A DNA stretch of 64,000 nucleotides from an uncultured Clostridia bacterium. Its GTDB lineage: Bacteria > Bacillota > Clostridia > TANB77 > CAG-508. Of the stretch, positions 20,623 to 33,293 are shown in pieces; within the stretch, counting starts at the first letter, position 1; every line of letters starts with the position of its first letter. The stretch spans positions 3,788 through 67,787 of the forward strand of contig CAKPRQ010000005.1 in NCBI GenBank assembly GCA_934182605.1, read 5' to 3'. The notes beneath the pieces are model-generated. The model did not search any database. It had not been told where the DNA came from and saw only the letters and a program-made list of their open reading frames with translations. Position numbers and translations under genes: made by a program.

Positions 20623-23600
20623 TTATTTATTTTCCTCTTCTTCTTCTTGTAATTTTTTCTCGATTATTATTTCGCATGTAGTATCATCTTGAGTATTTTC
20701 AGTATTTATGTGTAATCCTCTATATTTCATCAAACCTGTTCCTGCTGGTATTAACTTACCAATTATTACATTTTCTTTTAAGCCCATTAAGTTATCTATT
20801 TTTCCTTTTATTGCTGCATCTGTTAATACTCTTGTTGTTTCTTGGAATGACGCTGCTGATAAGAAACTATCTGTTGCTAATGAGGCTTTTGTTATTCCTA
20901 ATAATGTTACGCTTGCTTTTGCTGGTGTTTTACCTTCTGCTTTCATTTTTTCATTTTCTTCTTCATATTGATATATATCTACTAATGAACCGTCAAAGAA
21001 ATTCGTATCCCCACTATTTTCTATTTTTACTTTCTTAAGCATTTGTCTACAAATTACTTCTATGTGTTTGTCATTAATATCAACACCTTGGTTCCTATAT
21101 ACTTTTTGTACTTCTGTTGTTAAGTATCTATGAACTCCTTCTCTTCCTTTTATTAGAAGAATTTCATTTGGATTTATAGAACCTTCTGTTAATGGTTCTC
21201 CAGCTTCTATTATGTCTCCTTCTTTTACTCTTATTTTTGAACCGAAATTTATAACATATGTTCTTGCATCTCCATCACCTACTACAGTAATTTCTTTTCT
21301 CTTTTTAGTTGCATCCGCATCTTTTATAGATACTTTTCCTGCTATTTCTGTAATTACTGCCATTCCTTTTGGTTTTCTTGCTTCAAATAATTCTTCTACC
21401 CTTGGAAGACCTTGTGTTATATCTCCTCCAGCTACACCACCTGTATGGAATGTTCTCATTGTTAATTGTGTACCTGGTTCACCTATAGATTGTGCAGCTA
21501 TTATTCCTACGGCTTCTCCTATATTTACTTTTTCTCTTGTTGCTAAGCCCATTCCATAACATTTTGCACATACTCCATGTTTTGCTTTACATTCTAATAC
21601 TGAACGAACTTTTACTGTCTCTATTCCTAATGCTTCTATTTTTTCTGCAACTTTTTCTTTTATCATTTCGTCTTTACTTACTAAAATTTCTCCAGTTTCT
21701 GGATTTATTATATCTTCTAATGGATATCTACCTATTAATCTTTCTGATAATTTTTCTATTACTTGATTTCCATCTTTTATAGCAAATACTTCTATTCCTT
21801 TTGTTGTACCACAGTCGTCTTCTCTAACAATTATTTCTTGACTTACATCTACTAATCTTCTTGTTAAGTATCCAGAGTCTGCTGTTCTTAATGCTGTATC
21901 TGCTAAACCTTTTCTAGCACCATGTGATGATATGAAGTATTCTAAGGCATCTAATCCTTCACGGAAACAAGATTTAATTGGTATTTCTACCGCTTTACCT
22001 GATGTATTTGCCATAAGACCACGCATACCTGCTATTTGTCTTAATTGGTTCATATTACCTCTGGCTCCAGATTGTGCCATCATGTATATAGGATTTAACT
22101 CATCAAAGTTTTCTTTCATAGCTTCTGTTACGTCTTTTGTAACTCTTTCCCATATTTTTATTACTTCGTTATATCTTTCATCATTTGTTATTAATCCTCT
22201 CTTATATTGTTTTAATACATTTTCTACTTCTTTTTCTGCTTCTGCTAATATTTCTTTTTTAGCTTCTGGAACAGCTACGTCTGCAACAGATACTGTTATA
22301 GCACCTTTAGTAGAATATTTATATCCCATTGATTTTATATAATCTAGTAATTCTGCTGTTCTTGTTAATCCATGTTCATTTATACATTTTGAAACGATTT
22401 TTCCTAAATTCTTTTTCATAACTGGAAAATCTATTTCTAGGTTAAATGCTGTTTCTGGATTTGTTCTATCTACGAAACCTAAATCTTGTGGAATACCTTC
22501 GTTATATATAATTCTACCTGCTGTTGCTTCTATTAATTTATGTTGTTCTACACCATCTATTGTTTTATATGCTCTTACTTTTATTTTAGCATGCAAACCT
22601 AAGTCTCCATTTTCATAAGCCATTATTACTTCATCAAAATCCTTAAATATATTTCCTTCGCCTTTTTCACCATCTATTTGCATTGTTAAATAGTAACTTC
22701 CTAATATCATATCTTGTGTTGGTACTGTTACAGGGTTACCATCTTGAGGTTTTAAAAGGTTATTTACTGATAACATTAAAAATCTTGCTTCTGCTTGTGC
22801 TTCTGGTGATAATGGAACGTGTATAGCCATTTGGTCACCATCGAAGTCAGCATTGAATGCTGTACATACTAATGGGTGTAATTTTATTGCTCTACCTTCT
22901 ACTAATACTGGTTCAAATGCTTGTATACCAAGTCTGTGTAATGTTGGTGCACGGTTTAACATAACTGGATGGTCTTTTATAACTTCTTCTAATATGTCCC
23001 ATACTTCTGGTTTTAATTTTTCTACCATTCTTTTTGCATTTTTTATATTATGTGCTATTCCTCTTTCTACTAGTTCTTTCATTACAAATGGTTTGAATAA
23101 TTCTACAGCCATTTCTTTTGGAACACCACATTGATATATTTTTAATTCTGGTCCTACTACTATAACTGAACGTCCAGAATAATCAACTCTTTTTCCTAAA
23201 AGATTTTGTCTGAATCTACCTGTTTTTCCTTTTAACATATCTGATAATGATTTTAATGGTCTATTACCAGCTCCTGTTACAGGTCTTCCTCTTCTACCAT
23301 TATCTATAAGTGCATCTACAGCTTCTTGTAACATTCTTTTTTCATTTCTTACTATTATTTCTGGTGCACCCAAGTCTAATAATCTTTTTAAACGATTATT
23401 TCTGTTTATAACTCTTCTATATAAATCATTTAGATCTGATGTTGCAAATCTTCCACCATCTAATTGCACCATTGGTCTTAATTCTGGTGGTATTACTGGA
23501 ATTACTTCCATTATCATCCATTCTGGTTTATTACCAGACATTCTGAAAGATTCTACTGTGTCTAGTCTTTTTACTAATTTAGAACGTTTTTGCTCTGTTG

Positions 23601-24195
23601 CAGTTTCCATTTCTTTCTTTATTTCTTCTGATAATTTATCTAAATCTACTTCTCTTAATAACTTTCTAATTGCTTGTGCTCCCATTTCTGCTTTGAAAGA
23701 ATCTTTACCATATTTTTCAACAGCTTCATGGTATTCTTTTTCACTTAATATTTGATTCTGCATTAAATCAGATGTTCCTTTATCTGTAACAATATATGCA
23801 GCAAAATATATTACTTTTTCTAAGTTTCTTGGTGAAATGTCTAATATTAAAGCTATTCTATTTGGTATTCCTTTGAAATACCAAATATGAGCTACTGGGG
23901 CTGCAAGTTCTATATGCCCCATACGCTCTCTTCTTACTTTTGATTTTGTGACTTCTACTCCACAACGATCACAAATTATTCCTTTATATCTTACTCTCTT
24001 ATATTTACCACAATGACATTCCCAATCTTTTGTTGGACCAAATATTTTTTCACAGAATAAACCTTCTTTTTCTGGTTTTAAGGTTCTGTAATTAATTGTT
24101 TCTGGTTTTTTTACTTCTCCTCTAGACCATTCTCTTATTTTTTCATCTGAGGCTAAACCAATTTTAATTTTATTAAATATTTCTAGTTCGTCCAC
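20623..24195 (-). CDS. rpoC: DNA-directed RNA polymerase subunit beta'
   Basis: 1190 aa with a zinc finger (CHCGKY...CDRCGVE) and the NADFDGD catalytic motif. Confidence 0.95.
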   Translation of the reverse strand: MDELEIFNKIKIGLASDEKIREWSRGEVKKPETINYRTLKPEKEGLFCEKIFGPTKDWECHCGKYKRVRYKGIICDRCGVEVTKSKVRRERMGHIELAAPVAHIWYFKGIPNRIALILDISPRNLEKVIYFAAYIVTDKGTSDLMQNQILSEKEYHEAVEKYGKDSFKAEMGAQAIRKLLREVDLDKLSEEIKKEMETATEQKRSKLVKRLDTVESFRMSGNKPEWMIMEVIPVIPPELRPMVQLDGGRFATSDLNDLYRRVINRNNRLKRLLDLGAPEIIVRNEKRMLQEAVDALIDNGRRGRPVTGAGNRPLKSLSDMLKGKTGRFRQNLLGKRVDYSGRSVIVVGPELKIYQCGVPKEMAVELFKPFVMKELVERGIAHNIKNAKRMVEKLKPEVWDILEEVIKDHPVMLNRAPTLHRLGIQAFEPVLVEGRAIKLHPLVCTAFNADFDGDQMAIHVPLSPEAQAEARFLMLSVNNLLKPQDGNPVTVPTQDMILGSYYLTMQIDGEKGEGNIFKDFDEVIMAYENGDLGLHAKIKVRAYKTIDGVEQHKLIEATAGRIIYNEGIPQDLGFVDRTNPETAFNLEIDFPVMKKNLGKIVSKCINEHGLTRTAELLDYIKSMGYKYSTKGAITVSVADVAVPEAKKEILAEAEKEVENVLKQYKRGLITNDERYNEVIKIWERVTKDVTEAMKENFDELNPIYMMAQSGARGNMNQLRQIAGMRGLMANTSGKAVEIPIKSCFREGLDALEYFISSHGARKGLADTALRTADSGYLTRRLVDVSQEIIVREDDCGTTKGIEVFAIKDGNQVIEKLSERLIGRYPLEDIINPETGEILVSKDEMIKEKVAEKIEALGIETVKVRSVLECKAKHGVCAKCYGMGLATREKVNIGEAVGIIAAQSIGEPGTQLTMRTFHTGGVAGGDITQGLPRVEELFEARKPKGMAVITEIAGKVSIKDADATKKRKEITVVGDGDARTYVINFGSKIRVKEGDIIEAGEPLTEGSINPNEILLIKGREGVHRYLTTEVQKVYRNQGVDINDKHIEVICRQMLKKVKIENSGDTNFFDGSLVDIYQYEEENEKMKAEGKTPAKASVTLLGITKASLATDSFLSAASFQETTRVLTDAAIKGKIDNLMGLKENVIIGKLIPAGTGLMKYRGLHINTENTQDDTTCEIIIEKKLQEEEEENK

Positions 24196-24216
24196 AAATG
24201 TACCCCCTTCTATATT

Positions 24217-27200
24217 TTATTCATTTTCATCTTCACTTAGATAATCGCCTTCATATAATAAATCATCTTCACTATCTTCATCTTCTTCATTTTCATCTAA
24301 ATTTTCTTCTCCATATCCATAATCTAGATCGTCATCTGCTAATAATAAATTATCTTCTTCATCTGGATTAAATTCTATTCCGTCTTCTATATGCTCTTTT
24401 AATTCTAATTCTTCATCATTTTCTGTATATAGTTTTATATCTAATCCTAAACTTTGAAGTTCTTTTATTAATACTTTGAAACTTTCTGGTACACCTGGTT
24501 CAGGAATATTTTCACCTTTTACTATTGCTTCGTAAGTTTTTACTCTTCCTACAATATCATCAGATTTTACAGTTAATATTTCTTGTAATGTATATGCTGC
24601 TCCATATGCCTCTAATGCCCAAACTTCCATTTCTCCAAATCTTTGTCCACCAAATTGTGCTTTACCTCCTAATGGTTGTTGTGTTACTAATGAGTATGGT
24701 CCAGTTGAACGTGCATGTATTTTGTCGTCTACTAAGTGGTGTAATTTTAACATATACATAACTCCAACTGTTATTGGTTTATCAAATGGTTCTCCTGTTC
24801 TTCCATCATAAAGTATTGTTTTTCCGTCTTCTGAGAAGTTTGCCATTCTTAGCATTTCTCTAATATCTTCTTCTGAAGCTCCATCAAATACTGGTGTTGC
24901 AACTTTCCAACCTAATAATCTTGCTGCTCCTCCTAAATGCACCTCTAAAACTTGTCCTAAGTTCATACGTGAAGGTACACCTAATGGATTTAATACAACA
25001 TCTATTGGTGTTCCATCTGGCATGAATGGCATATCTTCTTCTGGTAATATTCTAGATACAACACCCTTGTTTCCATGGCGTCCTGCCATTTTATCTCCAA
25101 CAGATATTTTTCTTTTTTGAGCTATATATACTCTAATTACTTGATTTACACCTGGTCCTAATTCATCTGAATTTTGTCTATCATATACTTTTACATCTAC
25201 AATAGTTCCAGCTTCTCCATGTGGTACTTTTAATGAAGTATCTCTTACTTCTCTTGCTTTTTCACCAAATATTGCTCTTAAAAGTTTCTCTTCTGGTGTT
25301 AATTCTGTTTCACCTTTTGGAGTAACTTTACCTACTAATATATCTCCTGGTCTAACTTCTGCACCTATTCTTATAATTCCATTTTCATCTAAGTCTTTTA
25401 ATCCATCTTCACCTACATTTGGAATATCTCTAGTAATTTCTTCTGGTCCTAATTTTGTGTCTCTACATTCACAATCATATTCTTCAATATGTATTGATGT
25501 ATATACGTCTTCTTTTACTAATCTTTCATTTAATAAGATAGCGTCCTCGTAGTTATACCCTTCCCATGTTGTAAAAGCTATAACAACATTTCTTCCTAAT
25601 GCCATTTCTCCTTTATCTGTTGCTGGTCCGTCTGCTATTACATCTCCAGCCTTTACTTTTTCTCCTCTTACAACTATTGGTCTTTGATTTATACAAGTTC
25701 CACCATTTGTTCTTTTAAATTTTTGTAATTTATATACTTCTCTATTATTATTATTATTTTTTACTATTATTTCGTCTCCGGTTACTCTTTCTACTACTCC
25801 ATCTTCTTTAGCAAGTACAGAAATACCGCAATCCTTAGCAGCCCTATACTCTATACCTGTTCCTACTATTGGAGATTCAGATTTTAATAATGGAACCGCT
25901 TGTCTTTGCATGTTCGCTCCCATTAATGCACGGTTAGCGTCGTCATGCTCTAAGAACGGAATCATTGCAGCAGCTACAGAAACTAATTGTTTTGGAGATA
26001 CATCTACATATGTAACTCTTTCTCTTTCAACTTCTATAACTTCGTCTAAGTATCTAACTCTTACTCTTTTATTTTTAAAGCTTCCATCTTCATTTAAAGG
26101 TTCTGTAGCTTGTGCTACTATTTCTTCTTCTTCTCTATCAGCTGTCATATACTCTATTTCATCTGTTATACAATGTGTAACAGGGTCAACTTTTCTATAT
26201 GGTGTTTCTATAAATCCATATTCATTTATAATTGCAAAAGTTGATAATGCAGAAATTAATCCTATGTTTGGTCCTTCTGGTGATTCTATTGGACATAATC
26301 TACCATAGTGGGTATAGTGAACGTCCCTTACTTCGAATCCTGCTCTTTCTCTTGATAATCCTCCTGGTCCTAATGCTGATATTCTTCTTTTATGTGTTAA
26401 TTCTGATAAAGGATTTGTTTGGTCCATAAATTGTGATAATTGTGAGCTTCCAAAGAATTCTTTTATAGCTGATGTTATAGGTTTTGTATTTATAAGTGTT
26501 TGTGGTGTTACAACATCTAAGTCTTGAATTGTCATTCTTTCACGTACAACTCTTTCTAATCTTGTTAATCCTATTCTAAATTGATTTTGTAATAATTCTC
26601 CTACACATCTTATTCTTCTATTTCCTAAGTGGTCTATATCATCTACGTTTCCTAAACCATATTGTAAGTTTAATAAGTAATTAATTGATGCGAATATATC
26701 TTCTGTTGTTACATGTTTAGGTACTAGTTCTTCCATTCTTTCTTTTATTGCCGCTTTTATTTCTTTTTCTTCTTTTACAGTACTTAATATGCTTTTTAAT
26801 ACTTCATAATTTACTAATTCTTTTATACCCAAATCTGATATATCAAAATTTACAAATTTTTTAATATCTACTGTTCCATTACCTATTATTCTAACTTTTT
26901 TATCATCTACTTTTATATCTACTACATTTATACCTGAATTTTGAATTTCTTGTGCTACTTCTTTTGAAATAATGCTATCTTTTTCTACCATTATTTCTCC
27001 TGTTTCAGGATTTATTATGTCTTCAAATGCTACTTTATTTTGAATTCTATTTGCTAAGTTTAATTTTAAATTATATTTATATCTTCCTACTTTTGCTAAA
27101 TCGTAACGTCTTGCATCGAAAAACATTCCATTAAATAAGTTTCTAGCAGCATCTACAGTTGGTAATTCTCCTGGTCTTAATTTTTTGTAAATTTCTACTA

Positions 27201-27903
27201 TTGCTTCATCTGGAGTTTTTGCAGTATCTTTATTTAATGTTGCTACTATTTTATCTTCTTCTCCAAATGCTTGTAATATTTCAGTATCTGTTGATAAACC
27301 TAATACTCTTAATAATGTTGTTACAGGTAATTTTCTTGTTCTATCTATTCTTACATAGAAAACATCGTTTGCGTCTGTTTCATACTCTAACCATGCACCT
27401 CTTATTGGCATTACTGTTGATGTATATAATTTTTTACCTGTTTTATCATAATCTGATGCGTAATAACATCCTGGAGAACGAACTAATTGGCTAACTACAA
27501 CTCTTTCAGCTCCATTTATAATAAATGTTCCATTATCTGTCATTAATGGGAAATCACCTAAATATATTTCTTGTTCTTTTATTTCTCCTGTTTCCCTATT
27601 TATAAGTCTTACCTTTACATGTAATCTTGTTGCATATGTAGCATCCCTATCTTTAGCTTCTTGTAATGTGTATTTTGTCTTATCCTCCATGTAATAGTCA
27701 AAAAATTCTAACACTAAATTGCCAGAATAATCAATTATTGGAGATATATCTTTTAATACTTCTCCTAATCCTTCTTTTACAAACCATTCGTATGAGTCTT
27801 TTTGCACTTTTATCATGTTTGGTATTTCAACTGCATCTCCTACTTTTGCAAAAGTTTTTCTTACACATTTTTCGTGTACAATGTCTGTAATCAAATTTAC
27901 CAC
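24217..27903 (-). CDS. rpoB: DNA-directed RNA polymerase subunit beta
   Basis: 1228 aa with conserved beta-subunit blocks and an acidic C-terminal tail. Confidence 0.95.
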   Translation of the reverse strand: MVNLITDIVHEKCVRKTFAKVGDAVEIPNMIKVQKDSYEWFVKEGLGEVLKDISPIIDYSGNLVLEFFDYYMEDKTKYTLQEAKDRDATYATRLHVKVRLINRETGEIKEQEIYLGDFPLMTDNGTFIINGAERVVVSQLVRSPGCYYASDYDKTGKKLYTSTVMPIRGAWLEYETDANDVFYVRIDRTRKLPVTTLLRVLGLSTDTEILQAFGEEDKIVATLNKDTAKTPDEAIVEIYKKLRPGELPTVDAARNLFNGMFFDARRYDLAKVGRYKYNLKLNLANRIQNKVAFEDIINPETGEIMVEKDSIISKEVAQEIQNSGINVVDIKVDDKKVRIIGNGTVDIKKFVNFDISDLGIKELVNYEVLKSILSTVKEEKEIKAAIKERMEELVPKHVTTEDIFASINYLLNLQYGLGNVDDIDHLGNRRIRCVGELLQNQFRIGLTRLERVVRERMTIQDLDVVTPQTLINTKPITSAIKEFFGSSQLSQFMDQTNPLSELTHKRRISALGPGGLSRERAGFEVRDVHYTHYGRLCPIESPEGPNIGLISALSTFAIINEYGFIETPYRKVDPVTHCITDEIEYMTADREEEEIVAQATEPLNEDGSFKNKRVRVRYLDEVIEVERERVTYVDVSPKQLVSVAAAMIPFLEHDDANRALMGANMQRQAVPLLKSESPIVGTGIEYRAAKDCGISVLAKEDGVVERVTGDEIIVKNNNNNREVYKLQKFKRTNGGTCINQRPIVVRGEKVKAGDVIADGPATDKGEMALGRNVVIAFTTWEGYNYEDAILLNERLVKEDVYTSIHIEEYDCECRDTKLGPEEITRDIPNVGEDGLKDLDENGIIRIGAEVRPGDILVGKVTPKGETELTPEEKLLRAIFGEKAREVRDTSLKVPHGEAGTIVDVKVYDRQNSDELGPGVNQVIRVYIAQKRKISVGDKMAGRHGNKGVVSRILPEEDMPFMPDGTPIDVVLNPLGVPSRMNLGQVLEVHLGGAARLLGWKVATPVFDGASEEDIREMLRMANFSEDGKTILYDGRTGEPFDKPITVGVMYMLKLHHLVDDKIHARSTGPYSLVTQQPLGGKAQFGGQRFGEMEVWALEAYGAAYTLQEILTVKSDDIVGRVKTYEAIVKGENIPEPGVPESFKVLIKELQSLGLDIKLYTENDEELELKEHIEDGIEFNPDEEDNLLLADDDLDYGYGEENLDENEEDEDSEDDLLYEGDYLSEDENE

Positions 27904-28418
27904 CTCTAAAATTTATTAGCAGTTTTGGGAGACTATTATTTTAACTTATAAATAGCCATATATATTAATATTTTAAAAATTTCTTCTTGATATATTTCGT
28001 AATAACTTATAAAAATATTCCTGCCTAAACACTTTTATAAATTATTCGTAAATACACAATTCTTTTTTTAAAACATATAATAAACTTAATTAAGAATTTT
28101 TGAAAAAATATTATAAACGTAATCATGCGAATAAAAGGTATGCAAACTACTTTTTTAAAAACGTTTACTTACCTTTATTTTATATGTATTTAATTACTTT
28201 TTTATTATTAATATTTTTCTCATTATTTTAATTTTAACCACCCTTACTATCTATTTTGTTTGATAGTTATTTTTATTTTGTTAAAACCTTTTATACGTTT
28301 ATTTATTATATCATAGAGTTTTAGAGGTTGTCAAGCACTTTTTGAAAATAACTTGTATTTTTAGTATAAAAGTGCTATAATGTTTATATCAGTTTTGTTT
28401 TAACATAGGAGGTAGCCT

Positions 28419-28685
28419 ATGAAGAGGCTTCTTGCTATACTGGTAATGGCCTTTATGGTGGTAACAACTTCTGGTTGTTATCACTACGGCGGAAGGTACT
28501 ACGATTCTCCTTACAGGTCCTATCGTTATGTACCACCACCGCCACATCATCATGCAAGAAGGCCACCGCCGCCACCCAGGCATTTTAGGCCAGCACCGCC
28601 GCCACATCATGTGAGGCCTGCGCCTCCCGGACATTTTCGTCCGAGACCACCAATAGGTGGACGCCCTGGTTGGCATCATAGGTAA
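28419..28685 (+). CDS. small Pro/His/Arg-repeat lipoprotein
   Basis: RBS taggagg. Signal peptide with a lipobox (TTSGC). Repeats HFRPAPPPHH and HVRPAPPGHFRPRPP. A terminator follows. The gene is GC-rich relative to the genome. Confidence 0.55.
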   Translation: MKRLLAILVMAFMVVTTSGCYHYGGRYYDSPYRSYRYVPPPPHHHARRPPPPPRHFRPAPPPHHVRPAPPGHFRPRPPIGGRPGWHHR

Positions 28686-28694
28686 AACCTCTAA

Positions 28695-28728
28695 CCCCCT
28701 TCGATTATTAATCAAGGGGGCTTTTTTT
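28695..28728 (+). terminator. Rho-independent terminator (ccccctt / aaggggg stem plus T7 tract)
   Basis: Seen directly downstream of the lipoprotein gene. Confidence 0.6.
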
Positions 28729-28733
28729 AATAT

Positions 28734-31700
28734 TTATTCTACACTTTTTAAGGATTCTATCATATTTATTTTCTTTAATACAAAATGTGATGTTATATTT
28801 ACTATAAATGTAAACGCTAATACTATTAAAGAGGCATATAAATAACTTGTTGGTTCTATTATCTTAGGGAACATTATTAATTCTAATTGTGCTATTTCTA
28901 GTATATATATTGTTAACGCATATCCTAATACTAACCCTATTGCGATTCCTATTAAACTTAAATATGTCATTTCCCTATTAACATAACTATCCACTTCTTT
29001 TGGATAAAATCCCAATACTTTTAACGTTGCCAATTCTCTTATTCTTTCATTAATATTTATATTTGATAAATTATATAATACTAATAAAGCTAATATTCCT
29101 GATACTACTATTATAACCATTACAATTATATCAAAATCTACTATTACGTTATCTACATCCGAATTTAAGTTTATTGAAGATATTTTATAATTTGCTAATA
29201 AATTTTCTACTAGATTTTGCTCTTGTTCAGAATCCATATCTATTGTTTTTACTAATAACACATTATTCTTTATTTGAGTTTCATATAATTCTTCATATAA
29301 TTCACTTGTCATATATATATAATGTGAAATATAATGTTCTGTTATATGGCTAATAGTTACTTCTTTTTTTATGCCATCTTCATCTTCTATTTCTATTTTA
29401 TCTCCTACTTCTAGCTCTAACATATTTGCAATTCTTTCAGTTAATATAATTCCAGTATTATCTAATGTATATTTTTCTTTTGTTTTTGGATTTCTTAAAC
29501 TTATCATTCCGTCTAAACTTTCACTTGTTACTATTAATTGTACATCTTTAGTTTCGCCATTATGATTTATTTTTATACTTTGCATTTTTACTGGTAAAAT
29601 AGATTCTATTTCTTCTTTGGCTTGAATATCTTCTATCATTTTTTGTTGCTCGTCTTCTGACATTTCTTCTAATACTACATTCATTTGATAATTATAAATT
29701 TCTCCATATTGTAATGGAACTAATTCTGATGTACTATCATCAACTCCAAATCCAACTAATGTTAATGCTGTTGCTCCACTTATTCCTATTATTGTCATTA
29801 AAAATCTCTTTTTATATCTAAACATATTTCTAAATGTTACTTTTTGTGTAAATGATAATTTATTCCAAATAAAATGTATTCTTTCTAAAAGAATTCTTTT
29901 CCCAATTTGTGGAGCTTTGGGTCTCATCAATGTTGCAGGTACATGTTTCAATTTTGAATAACTTGCATATATTGCTCCTCCTACAATACATATTGTAGAT
30001 ATTACAAAACCTATGAACGCTAAATTCCAATCGTAAATAATTGGTCCAATAGGTACATTTGTATATGTTTCCAAACATAAAGATTCTATTATATCTGTTA
30101 ACACCTCGAATCCTACAAACACACCTAATACATTACCTATAACCGTTGCCAATGTCGCATATAATATATATTTAGTAGCTATTTGTATTTTACTATATCC
30201 TATTGCTTTTAGTGTTCCTATTTGTGTTCTTTCTTCATCTACCATTCTCGTCATTGCATTTAAACTCATTAATGTTGCTACAGCGAAAAATATTATTGGA
30301 AATACTTTACTTACTGTACTCAATATTTCTGAATATTGCATTGCAACACTATACCCTGTATTTGCTTCTTTTCTATCCCATAAATACCAAGTTGGATATT
30401 CTATTTTACTTACTTCCTCTTTAGCTTCGTCTAATTCTTTTTGAGCATCTGCTATTTTACTTTCCGTTTCTGCTTTTTGCTCTGCTAATTCTGTTTTTCC
30501 ATCTTCTAATTCTACCTTAGCATCTTCAATTTCTTGCCTTGCATTTGCTAAAGTACTATATGTTGAAGATTTTTCTTTCTGTAGTTCTTCTTTTGCCTTT
30601 TCTAATTGAGTTTTTCCATTTGATAGTTCTTCATCTATTTGAAGAATACTATTATTTGCTATATTTATTCCATTTTCCACTTCTAATTTCTGTTTTTCTA
30701 ATTCTTGAATTTGTGCATTTAAAGTTTGCTTAATTGTTTCATCTTCTGTTTTATCATACATTTCTTTCAAATTTGTAAGTTGAGTTGATAGTTGCGTTAA
30801 ATTGCCATTTAACATAGCAAGCTGTTCTTTTATTTGTAATTTCCCTTTTTCCGCTTCTGCTGCTTTTTCTTGGTATAATTTTTCGTTTTCTGATATTTGT
30901 TTTTCAGCATTTGCAAATTCTGTATTTGCTTTTTGTGTATTGCTTTCCACTTCATTTTCTGCTTTTACAATTTCCTCTTCCGCTTCTTTTATATCTTGCT
31001 CTGCTTTACTTATCTCATCTTCTGCTTTTTGTTTTTCTTCATCTAATTTTGCTTGAGCCTCATTTATTTCTGTATTTGCATCATTCACTAAATTATCATA
31101 TCTCGCTTGTTTTCGTTCTTCTGATATATTATTAATATTAGCTATTAAACTTTCTACTTCTTCTCTATAATCTTTAGATTCAACTAATAAATTATTTAAA
31201 TTTTCTGAGCTTATATAAATAGTTGTATATATATCACTATTTATATTTTCACTATTTAAATACATATAGTAATCAACTTTACCGGCTCCTAATTTTGAAG
31301 TTCCTCTTTCACCTGTTATATATAATGGTGTATTAATTATTCCGCTTACTTTTACGGTTGTATTATTTAAAATAGCATCTTCGTTTTCTTCTAAAACTTC
31401 TATTAAATTTAATGTATCTCCTATTTTTATATTTTGCTCATTAGCCAGTTTTTGATCTATCATTACTTCATTACTTGCACTTGGTATTGCGCCTTCTAAT
31501 ACTTCTACTTCGTTTATACTTTTGTTATATTCCATTGCAGATATTACATATTGACTATCATTTATTTCTAACATTATATCTTTTTCATATGTGCCAACTA
31601 CATTTGTTACTCCATCTACTTTTTTAATTGCTTCTACATCTTCGTCTGTTAAACCTAAAGTAGAAGATAATTTTAAATCATATATATCATATTTTTTAAA

Positions 31701-31874
31701 ATATTCACCTACAGTGTATGCAATATTGTCTCCACTTGCTCCTATTCCTACAAATATAGCTACACCCAACAGTGCCATTAATATTATTGAAATAAATCTT
31801 CTATATGTTCTCTTTATTTCTCTAAGTGAATCTTTTATTAAGGTTCTCATATTTAATATCACCCCGCTCCCCAA
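28734..31874 (-). CDS. MacB/FtsX-type ABC transporter permease with a large extracytoplasmic coiled-coil domain
   Basis: 1046 aa. Two FtsX-like four-TM modules (N- and C-terminal) flank a roughly 300-aa Glu/Lys-rich coiled-coil. It is adjacent to an ABC ATPase. Confidence 0.75.
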   Translation of the reverse strand: MGSGVILNMRTLIKDSLREIKRTYRRFISIILMALLGVAIFVGIGASGDNIAYTVGEYFKKYDIYDLKLSSTLGLTDEDVEAIKKVDGVTNVVGTYEKDIMLEINDSQYVISAMEYNKSINEVEVLEGAIPSASNEVMIDQKLANEQNIKIGDTLNLIEVLEENEDAILNNTTVKVSGIINTPLYITGERGTSKLGAGKVDYYMYLNSENINSDIYTTIYISSENLNNLLVESKDYREEVESLIANINNISEERKQARYDNLVNDANTEINEAQAKLDEEKQKAEDEISKAEQDIKEAEEEIVKAENEVESNTQKANTEFANAEKQISENEKLYQEKAAEAEKGKLQIKEQLAMLNGNLTQLSTQLTNLKEMYDKTEDETIKQTLNAQIQELEKQKLEVENGINIANNSILQIDEELSNGKTQLEKAKEELQKEKSSTYSTLANARQEIEDAKVELEDGKTELAEQKAETESKIADAQKELDEAKEEVSKIEYPTWYLWDRKEANTGYSVAMQYSEILSTVSKVFPIIFFAVATLMSLNAMTRMVDEERTQIGTLKAIGYSKIQIATKYILYATLATVIGNVLGVFVGFEVLTDIIESLCLETYTNVPIGPIIYDWNLAFIGFVISTICIVGGAIYASYSKLKHVPATLMRPKAPQIGKRILLERIHFIWNKLSFTQKVTFRNMFRYKKRFLMTIIGISGATALTLVGFGVDDSTSELVPLQYGEIYNYQMNVVLEEMSEDEQQKMIEDIQAKEEIESILPVKMQSIKINHNGETKDVQLIVTSESLDGMISLRNPKTKEKYTLDNTGIILTERIANMLELEVGDKIEIEDEDGIKKEVTISHITEHYISHYIYMTSELYEELYETQIKNNVLLVKTIDMDSEQEQNLVENLLANYKISSINLNSDVDNVIVDFDIIVMVIIVVSGILALLVLYNLSNININERIRELATLKVLGFYPKEVDSYVNREMTYLSLIGIAIGLVLGYALTIYILEIAQLELIMFPKIIEPTSYLYASLIVLAFTFIVNITSHFVLKKINMIESLKSVE

Positions 31875-31919
31875 TTATTTTTTACATTTCTATTAGATTT
31901 TATTAATAGTACTTATATA

Positions 31920-32621
31920 TTACCATTCTATTTCACTTATTGGTTTTGGATTATTATTTACTTCTACATTTGATACTGTTCCATTTTTGAATGATATTAT
32001 TTTGTCTGCCATAGGTGCAATTGCTGTATTATGAGTTATTATTATAACTGTTATTTTCTCTTTCCTACATGTATCTTGTAATAATTGCAATATTTGTTTA
32101 CCCGTGTTATAATCTAAGGCTCCTGTTGGCTCATCACATAATAATAGTTTGGGATTTTTTGCTATTGCTCTTGCTATTGCCACTCTCTGTTGCTCTCCAC
32201 CTGATAATTGAGATGGAAAATTGTTTTTTCTTTCACTTAATCCTACTTTTTCTAATACTTCGTTTGGATTTAATGGGTGTTTTGATATTTGCATTGCTAG
32301 TTCTACATTTTCTTTTGCTGTTAAATTTTGTACTAAATTATAAAATTGAAATACAAATCCTATGTCATCCCTCCTATATTTTACTAATTGTCTTTCTTTA
32401 AATTCTTCTATATTTTTTCCGTCTACTAACACTTTCCCTGAAGTTACTGTATCCATTCCACCTAATATATTTAATGCTGTTGTTTTTCCAGCTCCACTTG
32501 GTCCTACAATTACTACAAGTTCTCCCTTATCTATTGAAAATGTCGTATTATTTAATGCATTTATTGTTATTTCTCCCATTTTATATTCTTTATTTACATT
32601 TTTAAATTCTATATATGCCAT
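31920..32621 (-). CDS. ABC transporter ATP-binding protein (MacB-type partner)
   Basis: Walker [10 protein letters not shown], signature [14 protein letters not shown] and Walker B LLLCDEPT. Confidence 0.85.
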   Translation of the reverse strand: MAYIEFKNVNKEYKMGEITINALNNTTFSIDKGELVVIVGPSGAGKTTALNILGGMDTVTSGKVLVDGKNIEEFKERQLVKYRRDDIGFVFQFYNLVQNLTAKENVELAMQISKHPLNPNEVLEKVGLSERKNNFPSQLSGGEQQRVAIARAIAKNPKLLLCDEPTGALDYNTGKQILQLLQDTCRKEKITVIIITHNTAIAPMADKIISFKNGTVSNVEVNNNPKPISEIEW

Positions 32622-32744
32622 TTTCTCACCTTCCTCTTTTATTGTAACATATATTAAAAAAAAAATCTATATATTATAAAATTTCCATGCTAATAAATCG
32701 ATTCAGACTATTTTAAAAAGGTATTTTATCCAAAAGAAGTTAAA

Positions 32745-33183
32745 ATGAGTAGACATAAGCTTTCTCAAAGACAAGAGGAATTAGTTTTGAATAATATCAA
32801 TATTATACGGTATGTAATTAAAAAGTGTAATGTTTTTTACAATATTGATAATTATGAAGACATAGTTTCTATAGGTAAAGTGGGGTTAAACAGGACTTAA
32901 AATACTATTTTGAAATTCTCGACACATTTGAGGAGATTTTTTCAGTAGAAATAACAGAAAATTTTTATGCAATTAGCTTCTCTACAAAAAGTATCCCTTT
33001 TTTCAAAGAGATTGCTACAAAAGTTTTGCAAAGTCCTAAATTTAGTGAAAAATTGTGTAAAATCACTCCAATCAAAGGAAGGTGGCTAATTCAAATTTCT
33101 AAGGACCTGGAAGCTTTTTATATTCTTGCTAACATCATGCAAGAAATTGATACCTTTAACAAGGTCCCTCAATCTTAACTAAA
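32745..33183 (+). pseudogene. Decayed sigma-70-family (sporulation SigK/SigE-like) 5' fragment followed by out-of-frame unrelated coding remnants
   Basis: The first 51 codons read MSRHKLSQRQEELVLNNINIIRYVIKK...YEDIVSIGKVGLNRT*. These match sigma region 2.1/2.2 (compare B. subtilis SigK NLRLVAHIVKKF...EDLISIGTIGL). The ORF stops prematurely, and no ORF of 60 aa or more exists between 32700 and 33290. Confidence 0.4.
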
Positions 33184-33293
33184 TATAAGATACTTACTAC
33201 CCATAAACTCCAAACACAAAATACCAACCATTGCTACTATATTAGTAGCGATGGTTTTAAATTATGTTATATTGGAATTGTACTCATATAATC

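Noticed and set aside
28389-28715. 108-aa minus-strand ORF rich in Trp/Arg/Met, overlapping the lipoprotein gene
   Set aside because: It is an antisense mirror of the low-complexity Pro/His/Arg-repeat gene. It has no RBS, whereas the plus-strand gene has an RBS, a lipobox and a terminator.
28734-32621. The large-permease ABC transporter considered as part of the defence island
   Set aside because: Its FtsX/MacB-type architecture with a partner ATPase is a common housekeeping or export module. It lies upstream of the sigma-fragment boundary, so it is treated as core.
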